From assembly GCA_965203905.1 (NCBI GenBank), contig CBDBDQ010000005.1, positions 3,904,001 through 3,968,000 of the forward strand: DNA of 64,000 nt, in the 5' to 3' direction. Origin of the DNA: Spirochaetia bacterium (GTDB lineage: Bacteria; Spirochaetota; Spirochaetia; SZUA-6; Bin103). Shown in pieces: positions 1 to 8,591 of this stretch (position 1 is the first letter of the stretch; every line of letters starts with the position of its first letter). Under the pieces are notes generated by a model. It was not told where the DNA came from, did no database searches, and saw nothing but the letters and a program-made list of their open reading frames with translations. Position numbers and translations under genes: made by a program.

Positions 1-138
1 GCCGTAGTCGAACTCGACCCGCTCGTAGGTGAAGCCCTCCAGCGGCGCCACCGCCTCCAGGATCTTGCACGCCTCAGCGGTGACCTCGGGCCCGGTGCCG
101 TCGCCGGGTATCACGGCCAGCTTGATGGAATCGGACAT
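1..138 (-). CDS. leuB: 3-isopropylmalate dehydrogenase (isocitrate/isopropylmalate dehydrogenase family), 5' part, runs off window
   Basis: Manual translation MSDSIKLAVIPGDGTGPEVTAEACKILEAV contains the family motif IAVIPGDGxGPEV; GGAG upstream. Not in the ORF track. Confidence 0.8.
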   Translation of the reverse strand, partial: MSDSIKLAVIPGDGTGPEVTAEACKILEAVAPLEGFTYERVEFDYG

Positions 139-209
139 GGTTCTGCAGATGCTCCGTAGTTGTTGGTGAGGATGGGATCGTGCCGCGGCCGCGGCGGCCG
201 GGCGCCGCG

Positions 210-239
210 AGTATACCGCCGGCCGGCCGCACCCGGCAA
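210..239 (-). promoter_or_regulatory. sigma70-like promoter TTGCCG-N18-TATACT facing leuB, at the 3' edge of the HNH element
   Basis: Minus strand -35 at 239-234 and -10 at 215-210. Confidence 0.55.
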
Positions 240-358
240 CGAAGCCTCGGGGGAGCCGGGACTATCCCACGCTGCGCGAGAAGCCGACTACCGATCGTTG
301 CTCCCGCTGCCCTTGGACCGACGCCCGACGACCCAACTCGCATCCTGGCGAGCGCCGA

Positions 359-1936
359 TCACGTGGCCCCGTCTGGCGGCGATCCGTACACCCGATGCCG
401 GAAACGGTGGTGAGCAGAACAATGAAGCCTCAAGTTCCGCGGCTCGGCACTGCCGCCAAGCGCGAAGGGAACGATGTGGTCGAGCTCCAGCAGGAAGCAG
501 GACCCGCAGCGCCGTCCGCTGTGCGGATCGACGTAACTGCAGCGGCCGCCGTCGCGGCGCCACACCTCGCGCTTCACTGGTGCCGGGATGTAGCGGGATC
601 GACGCGCCCGGTGGGGCGGCGGCGCACTGCCTCCGGAGGGGCCGGATGCCGCGGGCGGCGGCCGCGAACGGCCATCGAGCTGCGCCGCCCCTGGCCGCTT
701 CGCTGGCGAAGTACGGTTGCGACCGCGATCCGCCCCTGCCCGCGCGGTCGGCATACTCTGTTCTGCCGGCGGCGTCGGTACGGTGGCGTGGGACCCACGA
801 TTGGCTACCGACTTCGCCGCCGAAGCAGCGGTTCCGGACGCCGCCGCTGGCTTGCCACTCACCGGGATGATGCTGTCGCAAGTCTCGCGCCCCGCCGGCG
901 GCGCGGGCAGCGCTGCCATCGCCGAGGTGCTGGCGCCGCCAATCCCGCGCGCGGGCTCCTCTGCGGACAGCGCTGCCGGCGCCGGGGTGCTGCCACCGGT
1001 GATCGTGCCCTCCGGCGGCGGCGGCACTCCGGGTTGCTCTTGCGCGTCCCGCTTCGCCGGCGAATCCGCCCCGCCCGCCGGCCCTTGCTGCGCCTGCGGC
1101 TCCGGCGCCTGGCCCGCGCTTGCCTCCCGGCGCCCACCTCTGCGCCCGCGCGGCGGCCGCCCCGGGTCGTAGCGCTGCAGGCCGTCCTGCACCAGCCGCT
1201 CCACGAGCTGCCCCAGCGTCAGGTGCGGGTCCACGTGCGACAGCAGTGCCCGTAGCTGCTCGATCCCGCGCTGACACTCGGCGTCGATCACCACCTTCAG
1301 CTCCCAGCGGCCGTCGCCCAGCGCCCGCATGCGATCGGCCGGCCGCGCCAGCTCGGGAGCCACCCCGGCCAACAACTGCTTCACCTCGCGCGTGCTCTTG
1401 CCGCTCGCCTGCGCCACCAGCTCCTGCCGCTGCGCCGCGTCCAGCGCCGGCACCGGTGGCGCCGGCGCCGCTGCCCCGGTCCCCAAAGCCCCCGCCTCCG
1501 GCGTCGTCCCGGTGGCGCCCGGCAGCAGCTCCGGTGCCGCGGGTGCCGCGCCGGGGTCCGCGGCGGCGGTCGCGGTGCGCTGCAGGAGATCGAAGGTGTT
1601 CTGCAACTGCGCCGCCGCGCTCAGGGAGAGTGAGCCGTCCTGCAGCCGCTCGCGTGTCCCGGCGGTCTCGGAGCACAGGCGCATAGCCTTTATACGGCGC
1701 CACGCGGCGCCTTCGCTGTAGCCCAGTTCCCGCACCGCGTAGTCGAACAGGCTGGAGAACCCGAGGCGCAGGTGCAGGTGGCGGGCGTGGATCTCGCGCA
1801 GGTGGTCGAGGACGGCGAGCTGCAGCGCCTGCTCGTGCAGGACGAGGGACCTGGTGTGCGCCAGCAGCACCTGGTCGGGGAGCCCGGAGAGCGAGGAGGC
1901 GAAGCCGGTAGGGGTCGCGGTAGCCACAGTAGCCAT
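359..1936 (-). CDS. HNH endonuclease with DUF222-like N-terminal domain and low-complexity linkers
   Basis: C-terminal RYIPAPVKREVWRRDGGRC...C...LELDHIVPFALGG...NLRLHCSAHH; N-terminal LGFSSLFDYAVRELGYSEGAAWRRIKAMRL. Confidence 0.85.
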   Translation of the reverse strand: MATVATATPTGFASSLSGLPDQVLLAHTRSLVLHEQALQLAVLDHLREIHARHLHLRLGFSSLFDYAVRELGYSEGAAWRRIKAMRLCSETAGTRERLQDGSLSLSAAAQLQNTFDLLQRTATAAADPGAAPAAPELLPGATGTTPEAGALGTGAAAPAPPVPALDAAQRQELVAQASGKSTREVKQLLAGVAPELARPADRMRALGDGRWELKVVIDAECQRGIEQLRALLSHVDPHLTLGQLVERLVQDGLQRYDPGRPPRGRRGGRREASAGQAPEPQAQQGPAGGADSPAKRDAQEQPGVPPPPEGTITGGSTPAPAALSAEEPARGIGGASTSAMAALPAPPAGRETCDSIIPVSGKPAAASGTAASAAKSVANRGSHATVPTPPAEQSMPTARAGADRGRNRTSPAKRPGAAQLDGRSRPPPAASGPSGGSAPPPHRARRSRYIPAPVKREVWRRDGGRCSYVDPHSGRRCGSCFLLELDHIVPFALGGSAEPRNLRLHCSAHHRFRHRVYGSPPDGAT

Positions 1937-2394
1937 GGCGTAAATATAAGCATGGCTGAGAAATGGCCGGTTTCTGCGAGTCCCGGATCGGCACCTGGAA
2001 GGCCTCAGGCCAGCGCTGGCGGGGTACTGGCGGGCCTGGAGGGCGTGGCGGGATGCTCGAAGGGTAGGACGGGCCGGAACGTGCGTCAGGGGGCCGTAAC
2101 GAGCGGCGCCAAACCCGTCAAGTGCTCAGCGCACCTTTTTGGCACTTTTTCGCACAATCCTGCCACGCGCCGCCAACGTGGCAGCAACGCATCGGCGGAG
2201 ACCGGCGCGTTGCGGGTAGCCCCTCGTTTCTGGACACATCGTACAGCGAACGAACCACACACCCTGAAGGCGGCGATCTACAGGCGGCGCGCCGCGCCGG
2301 GGCCATCACCGCAGCTCGCCCACACACGGGATGCAGACGTCGTTCAGCATGGGATGGCCCTGGGCGGGAGGCGAGGTTCGGATCGCCGTGCCCC

Positions 2395-4041
2395 TCAGAG
2401 TCGCCGCGCCGATTCGCCCCAGTGCCAGTCGGGCTGGTCGACGCGGTAGCTGTGGTAGCTCATCGCCGGCTGCCACCGCGGCCACTCCAGCTCCACCCCG
2501 TCCCGCTCCAGCCGCCGCTGCAGCGCCGTCAGGAGTTCGCTGTCGCCACGTACCGCGCGCGGCCGCACGCTGCGGTCCAAGCAGAAGGCCGCCAGGTGCC
2601 CCGCGGCCTCGCCGGTCGACCATTCGTTGGGGTGGAGCCGGAAGCAGCCGTTGGTGACGTGGGTTGCGCCGATGTTCTTGCACGCCGGCAGCAGGTTGTC
2701 GACCCGGATCGGCAGCAGGGCCCCGAGCGACAGTTGCTGCGGCCAGTGCTTGCGGTGCAGGCTCAAGGTGTAGCTCTGCCCTGCCGGGTGCGGCTCGTGC
2801 ACGTCGATGCGGTAGCCGCCCACCGCCACCGCGTCGGCGAACCGCTCGGGCGCCTCTTCCCGTCCCGGCTGCTCGCGGTGGAACGAGCGCTCGGTCACCG
2901 TGTATTCGGCGCGGATGCGGCGCGACTCGCGGATGTAGGGCTGGACCGCGAGGCCGTCGGCGCTGTCGAACACGTCCGGCCGCGGCCGGATGCCGGGAAA
3001 GCCGCGCCGGCCGCGGTAGCCGGGCTCGATCTCGGTCTGCAGGAAGTGCAGCAGTGACAGGCTCAACTGGCGCGCCGCCTCCCGGTTGGCCGCCGCTTCC
3101 CGCGGCGGGACGCCGCACAGCACACCATCGCGGTACTCGTTGCCGCTCATCAGCATGGTCACGTCGGCGTCGATGGTACCCGGCAGGAAGTTGGCCGCGC
3201 ACAGCACGCGCCGGAAGTTCCAGATGCAGAACTGGTAGGGCTGCGACGGGTCATCCATGGATGCGGCGAACAGGCGGCGCTGCTTCAGCGCGGGGTCGTC
3301 GGAGACGCCCACCAGGGAGGCGAAGCCGTCGCGGTAGCGGGCGTAGTCGGGCGGGCGCTCGACGGTGTGGTCCTCGCCGGGGCGGTAGTCGACGGCGACC
3401 AGGTGCGTGAAGCCCTGCTGGCGCAGGGGATCGGCGTGCTCCAGGGCGTTCGGCTCGCCGGTTTCTGCACGCGCCTCGGCGCCGATCACGTGCTCGACGC
3501 TGCCCAGCTCCAGGAGCTCGCCCAGGTCGGTGGCGTCCAGCACGTAGTCGGCCGCGACGGTCAGCAGGTCGCCGCCGCGGGTGGACTGCAGCGTGACGGC
3601 CGGTATCAGGTCGCGGTCTGATTCCACCGCCACCGGCCGATGGTGCAGCGCCAGCAGGATGCGCGCGGCCGCCAGGTAGGGGGCGAGCATCTCCTCCAGC
3701 ACCGCGCGGCCCACCTTGGGCTCGAAGCACAGCGCCGACACCCAGCCGGCCCCGGGGTTGAACGCCCGCTCCGCGCGCGACTGCGCGGTGAGCGGGTAGT
3801 TGCGCCGGTAGTAGTCGCGCACCGAGCGCCGGAACTGGCGGTAGCTCTCGCTGGAGCCGTAGCGCTCGATCCACGGGTGCTCGTCCAGCGGCACCCCCTG
3901 GGCAGTGGCCTGACCGCCGATCCAACCGCTCTCCTCGGTGAGCACCACCCGGCGCCCGGCGCGCGCCGCCGCCAGGGCCGCCGACACCCCGCCGAAACTG
4001 GCCCCCACGATCAGAATCTCCGAGTCCCATTCACGATGCAC
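2395..4041 (-). CDS. FAD-dependent oxidoreductase (FAD_oxidored family)
   Basis: ILIVGASFGGVSAALAAAR, WIGGQATAQG, DATDLGEL and PYIRESRRI motifs; GTG start after GAGGGG. Confidence 0.85.
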   Translation of the reverse strand: MHREWDSEILIVGASFGGVSAALAAARAGRRVVLTEESGWIGGQATAQGVPLDEHPWIERYGSSESYRQFRRSVRDYYRRNYPLTAQSRAERAFNPGAGWVSALCFEPKVGRAVLEEMLAPYLAAARILLALHHRPVAVESDRDLIPAVTLQSTRGGDLLTVAADYVLDATDLGELLELGSVEHVIGAEARAETGEPNALEHADPLRQQGFTHLVAVDYRPGEDHTVERPPDYARYRDGFASLVGVSDDPALKQRRLFAASMDDPSQPYQFCIWNFRRVLCAANFLPGTIDADVTMLMSGNEYRDGVLCGVPPREAAANREAARQLSLSLLHFLQTEIEPGYRGRRGFPGIRPRPDVFDSADGLAVQPYIRESRRIRAEYTVTERSFHREQPGREEAPERFADAVAVGGYRIDVHEPHPAGQSYTLSLHRKHWPQQLSLGALLPIRVDNLLPACKNIGATHVTNGCFRLHPNEWSTGEAAGHLAAFCLDRSVRPRAVRGDSELLTALQRRLERDGVELEWPRWQPAMSYHSYRVDQPDWHWGESARRL

Positions 4042-4144
4042 CGCAACCCCTCTCAGACGTGGTCCCAGCTCCGCGCCGACCGACCCCGGCGCGCCGAATT
4101 GCCCGATGCGCCCCCGCAGGCGCCGTCCCCGCCGCGGGCGCACG

Positions 4145-4550
4145 TCAGCCCCGAGAGTCTGGCACTGCCGGCGGTGATTGACCAGGCTCCATATTCGTCA
4201 GTTCGCTGCAGTAGTCACGCAGATAGCCACGATCGCGAGCCAACAGCCGGTCGCTGTGGACCTGAGCGTGCGCGCCGATGAGAAGTCCGGCACGACCCGC
4301 CCCGCGGGTCCTCCGCGTTCGAGATACCGCGCAAAGTGCTGGCCGGCCAACGCCGCGGCTGCCTCGCTGCCGGGCACAAACTCGACGCCGAGATCGTGCA
4401 GCATTCAGTCAGTTCCATATTCGACTGCAGCGCGGGTATGGTTTCCGCGACTACGCATTCGCAACGCGATCAGGCGCCCTTCCCGACGGGTCCGCTGCAG
4501 GGCCTCCACGCGCCGCGCCCCCTGCTCCGTGAGTGCCCTGCATTCAGCCA
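4145..4550 (-). pseudogene. Frameshifted PIN/VapC toxin remnant
   Basis: Frames stitch to EALQRTRREGRLIA / CECVVAETIP / LGVEFVPGSEAAAALAGQHFARY...RVVPDF / LIGAHAQVHSDRLLARDRGYLRDY. Confidence 0.7.
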
Positions 4551-4627
4551 TCGTCAGCCCCATCCCCTCGGAACCTCCTCGCGCTCTACGAAGGGCTCCG
4601 GACCGGACCCTCAGGTCCAGCCTCTTC

Positions 4628-4673
4628 GGTTAGATTCTTAAATGAGGCACGCTTTCCGCAGGGTTAGATTCTT
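4628..4673 (+). repeat. 12-bp direct repeat GGTTAGATTCTT at the left edge of the AT-rich islet
   Basis: Exact copies at 4628-4639 and 4662-4673. Confidence 0.75.
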
Positions 4674-4692
4674 GATGAGTCAATGCGGCTTA

Positions 4693-4721
4693 TTGACATT
4701 CACCTCCTAATCGGGTATCGT
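4693..4721 (+). promoter_or_regulatory. sigma70 promoter TTGACA-N17-TATCGT
   Basis: Perfect -35 at 4693-4698, 17-bp spacer, -10 at 4716-4721. Confidence 0.7.
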
Positions 4722-4724
4722 CGG

Positions 4725-4816
4725 AGCGGAATGGAAGGGGAATCCGCATGCAGGGGTTCTTGCTTCGTTCTTCCTCGCATGCGGTAGAGGAACTCCTAAC
4801 CTTGCCCCATTCCACT
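4725..4816 (+). ncRNA. Putative structured small RNA or leader upstream of the HEPN-like gene
   Basis: GGAATGG 4728-4734 pairs with CCATTCC 4807-4813; CCGCATGC 4744-4751 pairs with GCATGCGG 4777-4784; starts at the expected TSS of the promoter. Confidence 0.45.
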
Positions 4817-4891
4817 ATTTTAGTAAAAAGAGCCGGCATATCGGTGTTTGGTCTGCTTGTTATCCCACCAAGGCACGTCAGTGCCGACGGA

Positions 4892-4900
4892 TGATATAGT
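4892..4900 (+). promoter_or_regulatory. Extended -10 promoter TGaTATAGT for the islet CDS
   Basis: TG-n-TATAGT; small inverted repeat GGCAC-GTCA-GTGCC at 4872-4885 just upstream. Confidence 0.5.
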
Positions 4901-4962
4901 GGCCCCCTTCAATGGGCACCCCGTACTCTTTTCTACATAGACAATTTTGGAGGACAATTCGA

Positions 4963-6084
4963 GTGGATAATTTCTATGGACTACCGATAGTGGAAATGAT
5001 GGATGATGCTATACATGAAAGGCTCTCAGGAGATCTTGATTCTGTCAGTTTAGTTGTCTGGCGAAAGGACATAGAACATGGGAATATCGAACCAGCATTG
5101 AACGAATTGAACAAATTGTTGGATACAGGGAAGAATATTGTCCGTTTTCGTAGCTGGCTCGATCTGTCAGTTTACGGCTATGACGATGATAGTCGGGAAC
5201 TTTGTGAGATATCTGATGTGTGTTCGTACTTTGAACAGTTGACAACTTCGTTTCCATATCTTTTCTTCTTTTTGAATACTCAATTTCCAACATTGAAGGC
5301 AATTATGTATTGTATCTGTGGTGGTCAGGTCTTGAGAAAACTGGCAAGTGGCATTACACAGTATGAAATAGATGATGAGAAATTTCACGCATTTTGGTTA
5401 GAGCAGTGCACTGGTCTTAACGATTTGTTTGAGAAGAACAACTTGGACAAATCGTATCCAGCACTCAATAGAGAAATCACGCTACAGGTTAAGAGCTATT
5501 TTGAACCCGAAGAAGTGGAGTCTATGGCTGATGATTCCTACATATCTGACTTTCTGGACGAATACCTGACGGATAAAGGGTTTGATTTTACTCGAATGCT
5601 CGATGACGATTTTATGGATGCTATTCGGTTACTATGGGAGAAGAACCACTACTCACCTGCGCTGAAGCTCCTGTTCATCATGCTGGATACTTTGGCCTTT
5701 GTGGAATATGGCGACGTCCCCAATGCGTTCGTCCAGTGGATAGATCGGTACTTTGATTTGCGTCCATTAGATGTAAGTTCCGAGGAATTGTGGGAACTTC
5801 GCAACGGAATGATTCACATGTCCGGGTCAGATTCTAGGAAAGTAAAGAATAACAAAGTCTCCCGTCTGGTTCTAGTGTTATGGCCTGCGACGGAGGAGCT
5901 TCCAGTAAAGACTATTAGTGTCGGTAAGTCACTTCACGTTTCGCGCTTATTTGCCGTAGTAATGCCCAAAGGTATTGTTAATTGGGTCAATGCCATGAAT
6001 GATAAAGGTCGATTCGTCGATGTGGTTAAGAAGTACGCTGACACAGTGTTGTCAATGACTCGAATTATTCGATTGGAACAATAA
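4963..6084 (+). CDS. CRR6/DUF1817-like domain fused to a HEPN-like (RxxxxH) domain; putative defence toxin
   Basis: AT-rich ORF; GGAGG at 4949-4953 before GTG 4963; GYDDDSRELCEISDV..YF..L...FPYLFFFL (CRR6-like); ELWELRNGMIH (R-x4-H). Confidence 0.65.
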   Translation: MDNFYGLPIVEMMDDAIHERLSGDLDSVSLVVWRKDIEHGNIEPALNELNKLLDTGKNIVRFRSWLDLSVYGYDDDSRELCEISDVCSYFEQLTTSFPYLFFFLNTQFPTLKAIMYCICGGQVLRKLASGITQYEIDDEKFHAFWLEQCTGLNDLFEKNNLDKSYPALNREITLQVKSYFEPEEVESMADDSYISDFLDEYLTDKGFDFTRMLDDDFMDAIRLLWEKNHYSPALKLLFIMLDTLAFVEYGDVPNAFVQWIDRYFDLRPLDVSSEELWELRNGMIHMSGSDSRKVKNNKVSRLVLVLWPATEELPVKTISVGKSLHVSRLFAVVMPKGIVNWVNAMNDKGRFVDVVKKYADTVLSMTRIIRLEQ

Positions 6085-6417
6085 GATACAAAGTGAACCA
6101 CTTAAGTTGCCCCTTAATCAGAAAATCGCGCCAACGAGACCCTTCTAAGAAATGTCTAATTGCGTCGGTAATCTCTTTAACTATATTATATTGTGGTGTG
6201 GTTCGACTGCGGTTTTCGTCTCCTCCAGTTGGAACTTGCCTGCTACTGGCACCTCGCGCCGGAACGGTACCCTCTCTTCGCCGCCCACCTGCCCTCCTGT
6301 TCCTAACGAGCCTCACCCGTCCGTGACAGGGACGACCACGAAACCCGGCTTCGGCATCGTACGCTGACCGGCACTCGGTTGTGTCAGTCGACACGGTCAC
6401 CCTGTGACGCCTAGCGC

Positions 6418-6580
6418 CTATGGCGGCGCCTGCACGGCGATACTCGGTGCGAACGCTTCGTAGTAACGCACGTTCCAGGTGATGATCGTCGATGCTTCGG
6501 CCTTCAGTGCGGCTACCGCGATGAGCACGTCGGGATACGGCGCAGGCAGTCTCTCAGGGCCGCATAGGTCGTCGACTCAC
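6418..6580 (-). pseudogene. Truncated PIN toxin (C-terminal remnant) behind the AbrB antitoxin
   Basis: YPDVLIAVAALKAEASTIITWNVRYYEAF resembles a PIN C-terminus; the frame from the GTGA-coupled start stops after 8 codons. Confidence 0.6.
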
Positions 6581-6849
6581 TCAGCCATCTCCGGCTTCTT
6601 CGGTCCGTTGCGAAGTTCCGCAATCGTCCTGGTTACCTCTGCCGCGCGCATGACCGGCTGGTTCTCGTTGGGTACTGCGACCACGAGAGAGCTGCGGCGC
6701 TGCAGGATGACCGTCAGCGGGACCGGTTCGATCTCCACGTGGCCGCCCTGCACGCGAAACTGGACCTCGGTGCCCGGGCGCAGATTGGCCGCTTCGCGAA
6801 TCGCCTTGGGCACAACGATACGGCCGGCGTGGTCAATGGTAGATCTCAT
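6577..6849 (-). CDS. AbrB/MazE/SpoVT family antitoxin
   Basis: MRSTIDHAGRIVVPKAIREAANLRPGTEVQF. Confidence 0.85.
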   Translation of the reverse strand: MRSTIDHAGRIVVPKAIREAANLRPGTEVQFRVQGGHVEIEPVPLTVILQRRSSLVVAVPNENQPVMRAAEVTRTIAELRNGPKKPEMAE

Positions 6850-6954
6850 GTCACCATCGGTACCATCTGACTTGCCATCGCACAAGCCATTGTCACGACG
6901 CCCCGAACGCGGGCCGGTTCCGGGTGGTATGATGGGCCGCGGAGGGTCGCCATC

Positions 6955-8250
6955 ATGCCCAACCTGGTGTTCATCATGTCCGACCAGGCGCGCAAGGACG
7001 TGGTGTTCCACGAGCAGTATCCCTTCGTGCGCACGCCGCACATCGACGGGTTGCGCGGCGAGGCGGTGTCGTTTTACCACTGCTTCGCCAACTACCCGGT
7101 GTGCGTGCCTTCGCGCGCCTCGGTGATCACCGGCCGCTATCCGCACCAGATCGGCGTGCTGCACAACACCCACCGCCTGCCGCCCGGCGAGCGCGACCTC
7201 GGCCACCACCTGTCGGCGCACGGCTTCGACTGCGTCTCGTTCGGCAAGACCCACAACACCAACCACGGCTTCCGCTCGGTCACCTACGACAAGGTGGCCA
7301 CCATGGGGTTCGAGAACCACGGTTACCTCGAGGATCCAGACCTGATCACCGGCGTGTTCGAGGGGCCGGCCGACGAGTACTGCGACTTCGTGGCATGCCG
7401 ACAGTTCGACGACTACCTGCGCGGGCGCGCCGGCGGCGGGCCGTTCGCGGCCTTCGTGGGCATCTACGCCCCGCACCCGCCCCTGTATCCGCCGCGCGAG
7501 TACGCCGGCCTCTACGGCGCCGAGGAGACCGCGCTGCCGCCACGGCCGAACGCGCAGGACAACGCGGCGCGGCCGTCGATCCAGACAGTCCCGCGCCGGC
7601 GCTGGAACGCCTATCCCGACGCCACCCGGCGCCAGGTGATCGCCTCGTACCTGGCTCTGATCACGTTGCTCGACGAGTGCGTGGGCCGCATCCTGGCCAC
7701 GCTGCGGGAGACCGCGACGCTCGACGACACCCTGGTGGTGCTGGTTTCCGATCACGGCGACCAGCTCGGCGAGCACGGCATGGCCGGCAAGATGGGCAAT
7801 CTCTACGAAGCGTCGATCCGGGTACCGCTGGTGATCCGCCTGCCGGGCGCCGAGCGTGCCGGCGCCGAACGTTCGCAGCTCGTGGAGATGGTGGACCTGT
7901 TCCCGACCATCTGCGACCTCCTCGGCGTGCCGCATCCCGAGGGCGTGCAGGCACCGGCGGGCCGCAGCCTGGCACCGGTCGTCGCCGACCGGCGGGCGGA
8001 GCACCGCCGCGTGGTGCACGCGATGCTGCTGGAGGGCCAGATGGCGCGCAGCCGGGACCTGAAGCTCAACTTCTACGCCGACGACACCTGCGAGCTCTAC
8101 GATCTGGCCGCCGACCCCGCCGAGATGGTCAACCGCTACGACGATCCCGCCTACCGCGACCGCCGCCAGGAACTGCTGGAAGAGATCGCCCGCTTCCTGA
8201 TCCGCCACCCCCGCGTCCCCGATCGCGGCAGAAACGGATACTTCGGGTAG
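6955..8250 (+). CDS. Sulfatase (Cys-type, choline-sulfatase-like)
   Basis: PNLVFIMSDQ, CVPSRASVITG, GKTH, SDHGD, ELYDL. Confidence 0.9.
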   Translation: MPNLVFIMSDQARKDVVFHEQYPFVRTPHIDGLRGEAVSFYHCFANYPVCVPSRASVITGRYPHQIGVLHNTHRLPPGERDLGHHLSAHGFDCVSFGKTHNTNHGFRSVTYDKVATMGFENHGYLEDPDLITGVFEGPADEYCDFVACRQFDDYLRGRAGGGPFAAFVGIYAPHPPLYPPREYAGLYGAEETALPPRPNAQDNAARPSIQTVPRRRWNAYPDATRRQVIASYLALITLLDECVGRILATLRETATLDDTLVVLVSDHGDQLGEHGMAGKMGNLYEASIRVPLVIRLPGAERAGAERSQLVEMVDLFPTICDLLGVPHPEGVQAPAGRSLAPVVADRRAEHRRVVHAMLLEGQMARSRDLKLNFYADDTCELYDLAADPAEMVNRYDDPAYRDRRQELLEEIARFLIRHPRVPDRGRNGYFG

Positions 8251-8294
8251 TTGACGCTGCTGTGTGGCGAGCATCATGGGCAGCATGCGATCGG

Positions 8295-8324
8295 TTGACC
8301 ATGTGTCTATACATTTGGTATACG
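8295..8324 (+). promoter_or_regulatory. TA promoter TTGACC-N18-TATACG with operator palindrome TATAC-N5-GTATA
   Basis: -35 at 8295-8300, -10 at 8319-8324, inverted repeat 8308-8322. Confidence 0.55.
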
Positions 8325-8333
8325 AAACTGAAG

Positions 8334-8591
8334 ATGGCTCAGGTGAACTTCAGGATGAAAGATGAGCGCTTGGCGCTGATTGATCGGGCTGCGGCGATCC
8401 GTGGGGTGACGCGGACGGAGTTCGTGCTGCGATCGAGCGAGGCGGCGGCGATCGAGACGCTGAATGAACGTCCGGTCATCGTGTTGGACGCTGACGTGTA
8501 CAAAGCATTCGTCGCCGCACTCGATGCGCCGCTGAAACCGAATAACCGCTTGCAGGAACTGATGTCGCGCCAGCCGTTGTGGGAGCGATAA
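8334..8591 (+). CDS. DUF1778/TacA-type ribbon-helix-helix antitoxin
   Basis: MAQVNFRMKDERLALIDRAAAIRGVTRTEFVL...FVAALDAPLKPNNRLQELM. Confidence 0.85.
   Translation: MAQVNFRMKDERLALIDRAAAIRGVTRTEFVLRSSEAAAIETLNERPVIVLDADVYKAFVAALDAPLKPNNRLQELMSRQPLWER

Larger units (their letters stand above)
210..2147 (-). mobile_element. Putative HNH-nuclease element, copy 1 (CDS plus conserved non-coding ends)
   Basis: Homologous to 20962-22874 over about 210 bp upstream, the CDS and about 150 bp downstream; flanks unrelated. Confidence 0.65.

Noticed and set aside
160-180. Resemblance of the leuB leader (TCCCATCCTCACC) to the 18-nt variable window of element copy 2
   Set aside because: Requires two gaps in a short C-rich stretch; chance similarity cannot be excluded, so it is not claimed as a guide-target match.
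359-1936. IscB/Cas9-like nuclease
   Set aside because: No PLMP or RuvC motifs seen; the HNH is C-terminal after a disordered linker.
2140-2154. sigma54 promoter TGGCAC...CGCA at the element end
   Set aside because: GG-to-GC spacing is 9 rather than 10 nt, and the -12 part is not conserved in copy 2.
4629-6307. Integron cassette (GTTAGAT matches GTTRRRY; TCCTAAC downstream)
   Set aside because: No properly paired RYYYAAC...GTTRRRY attC around the ORF and no integrase in the window.
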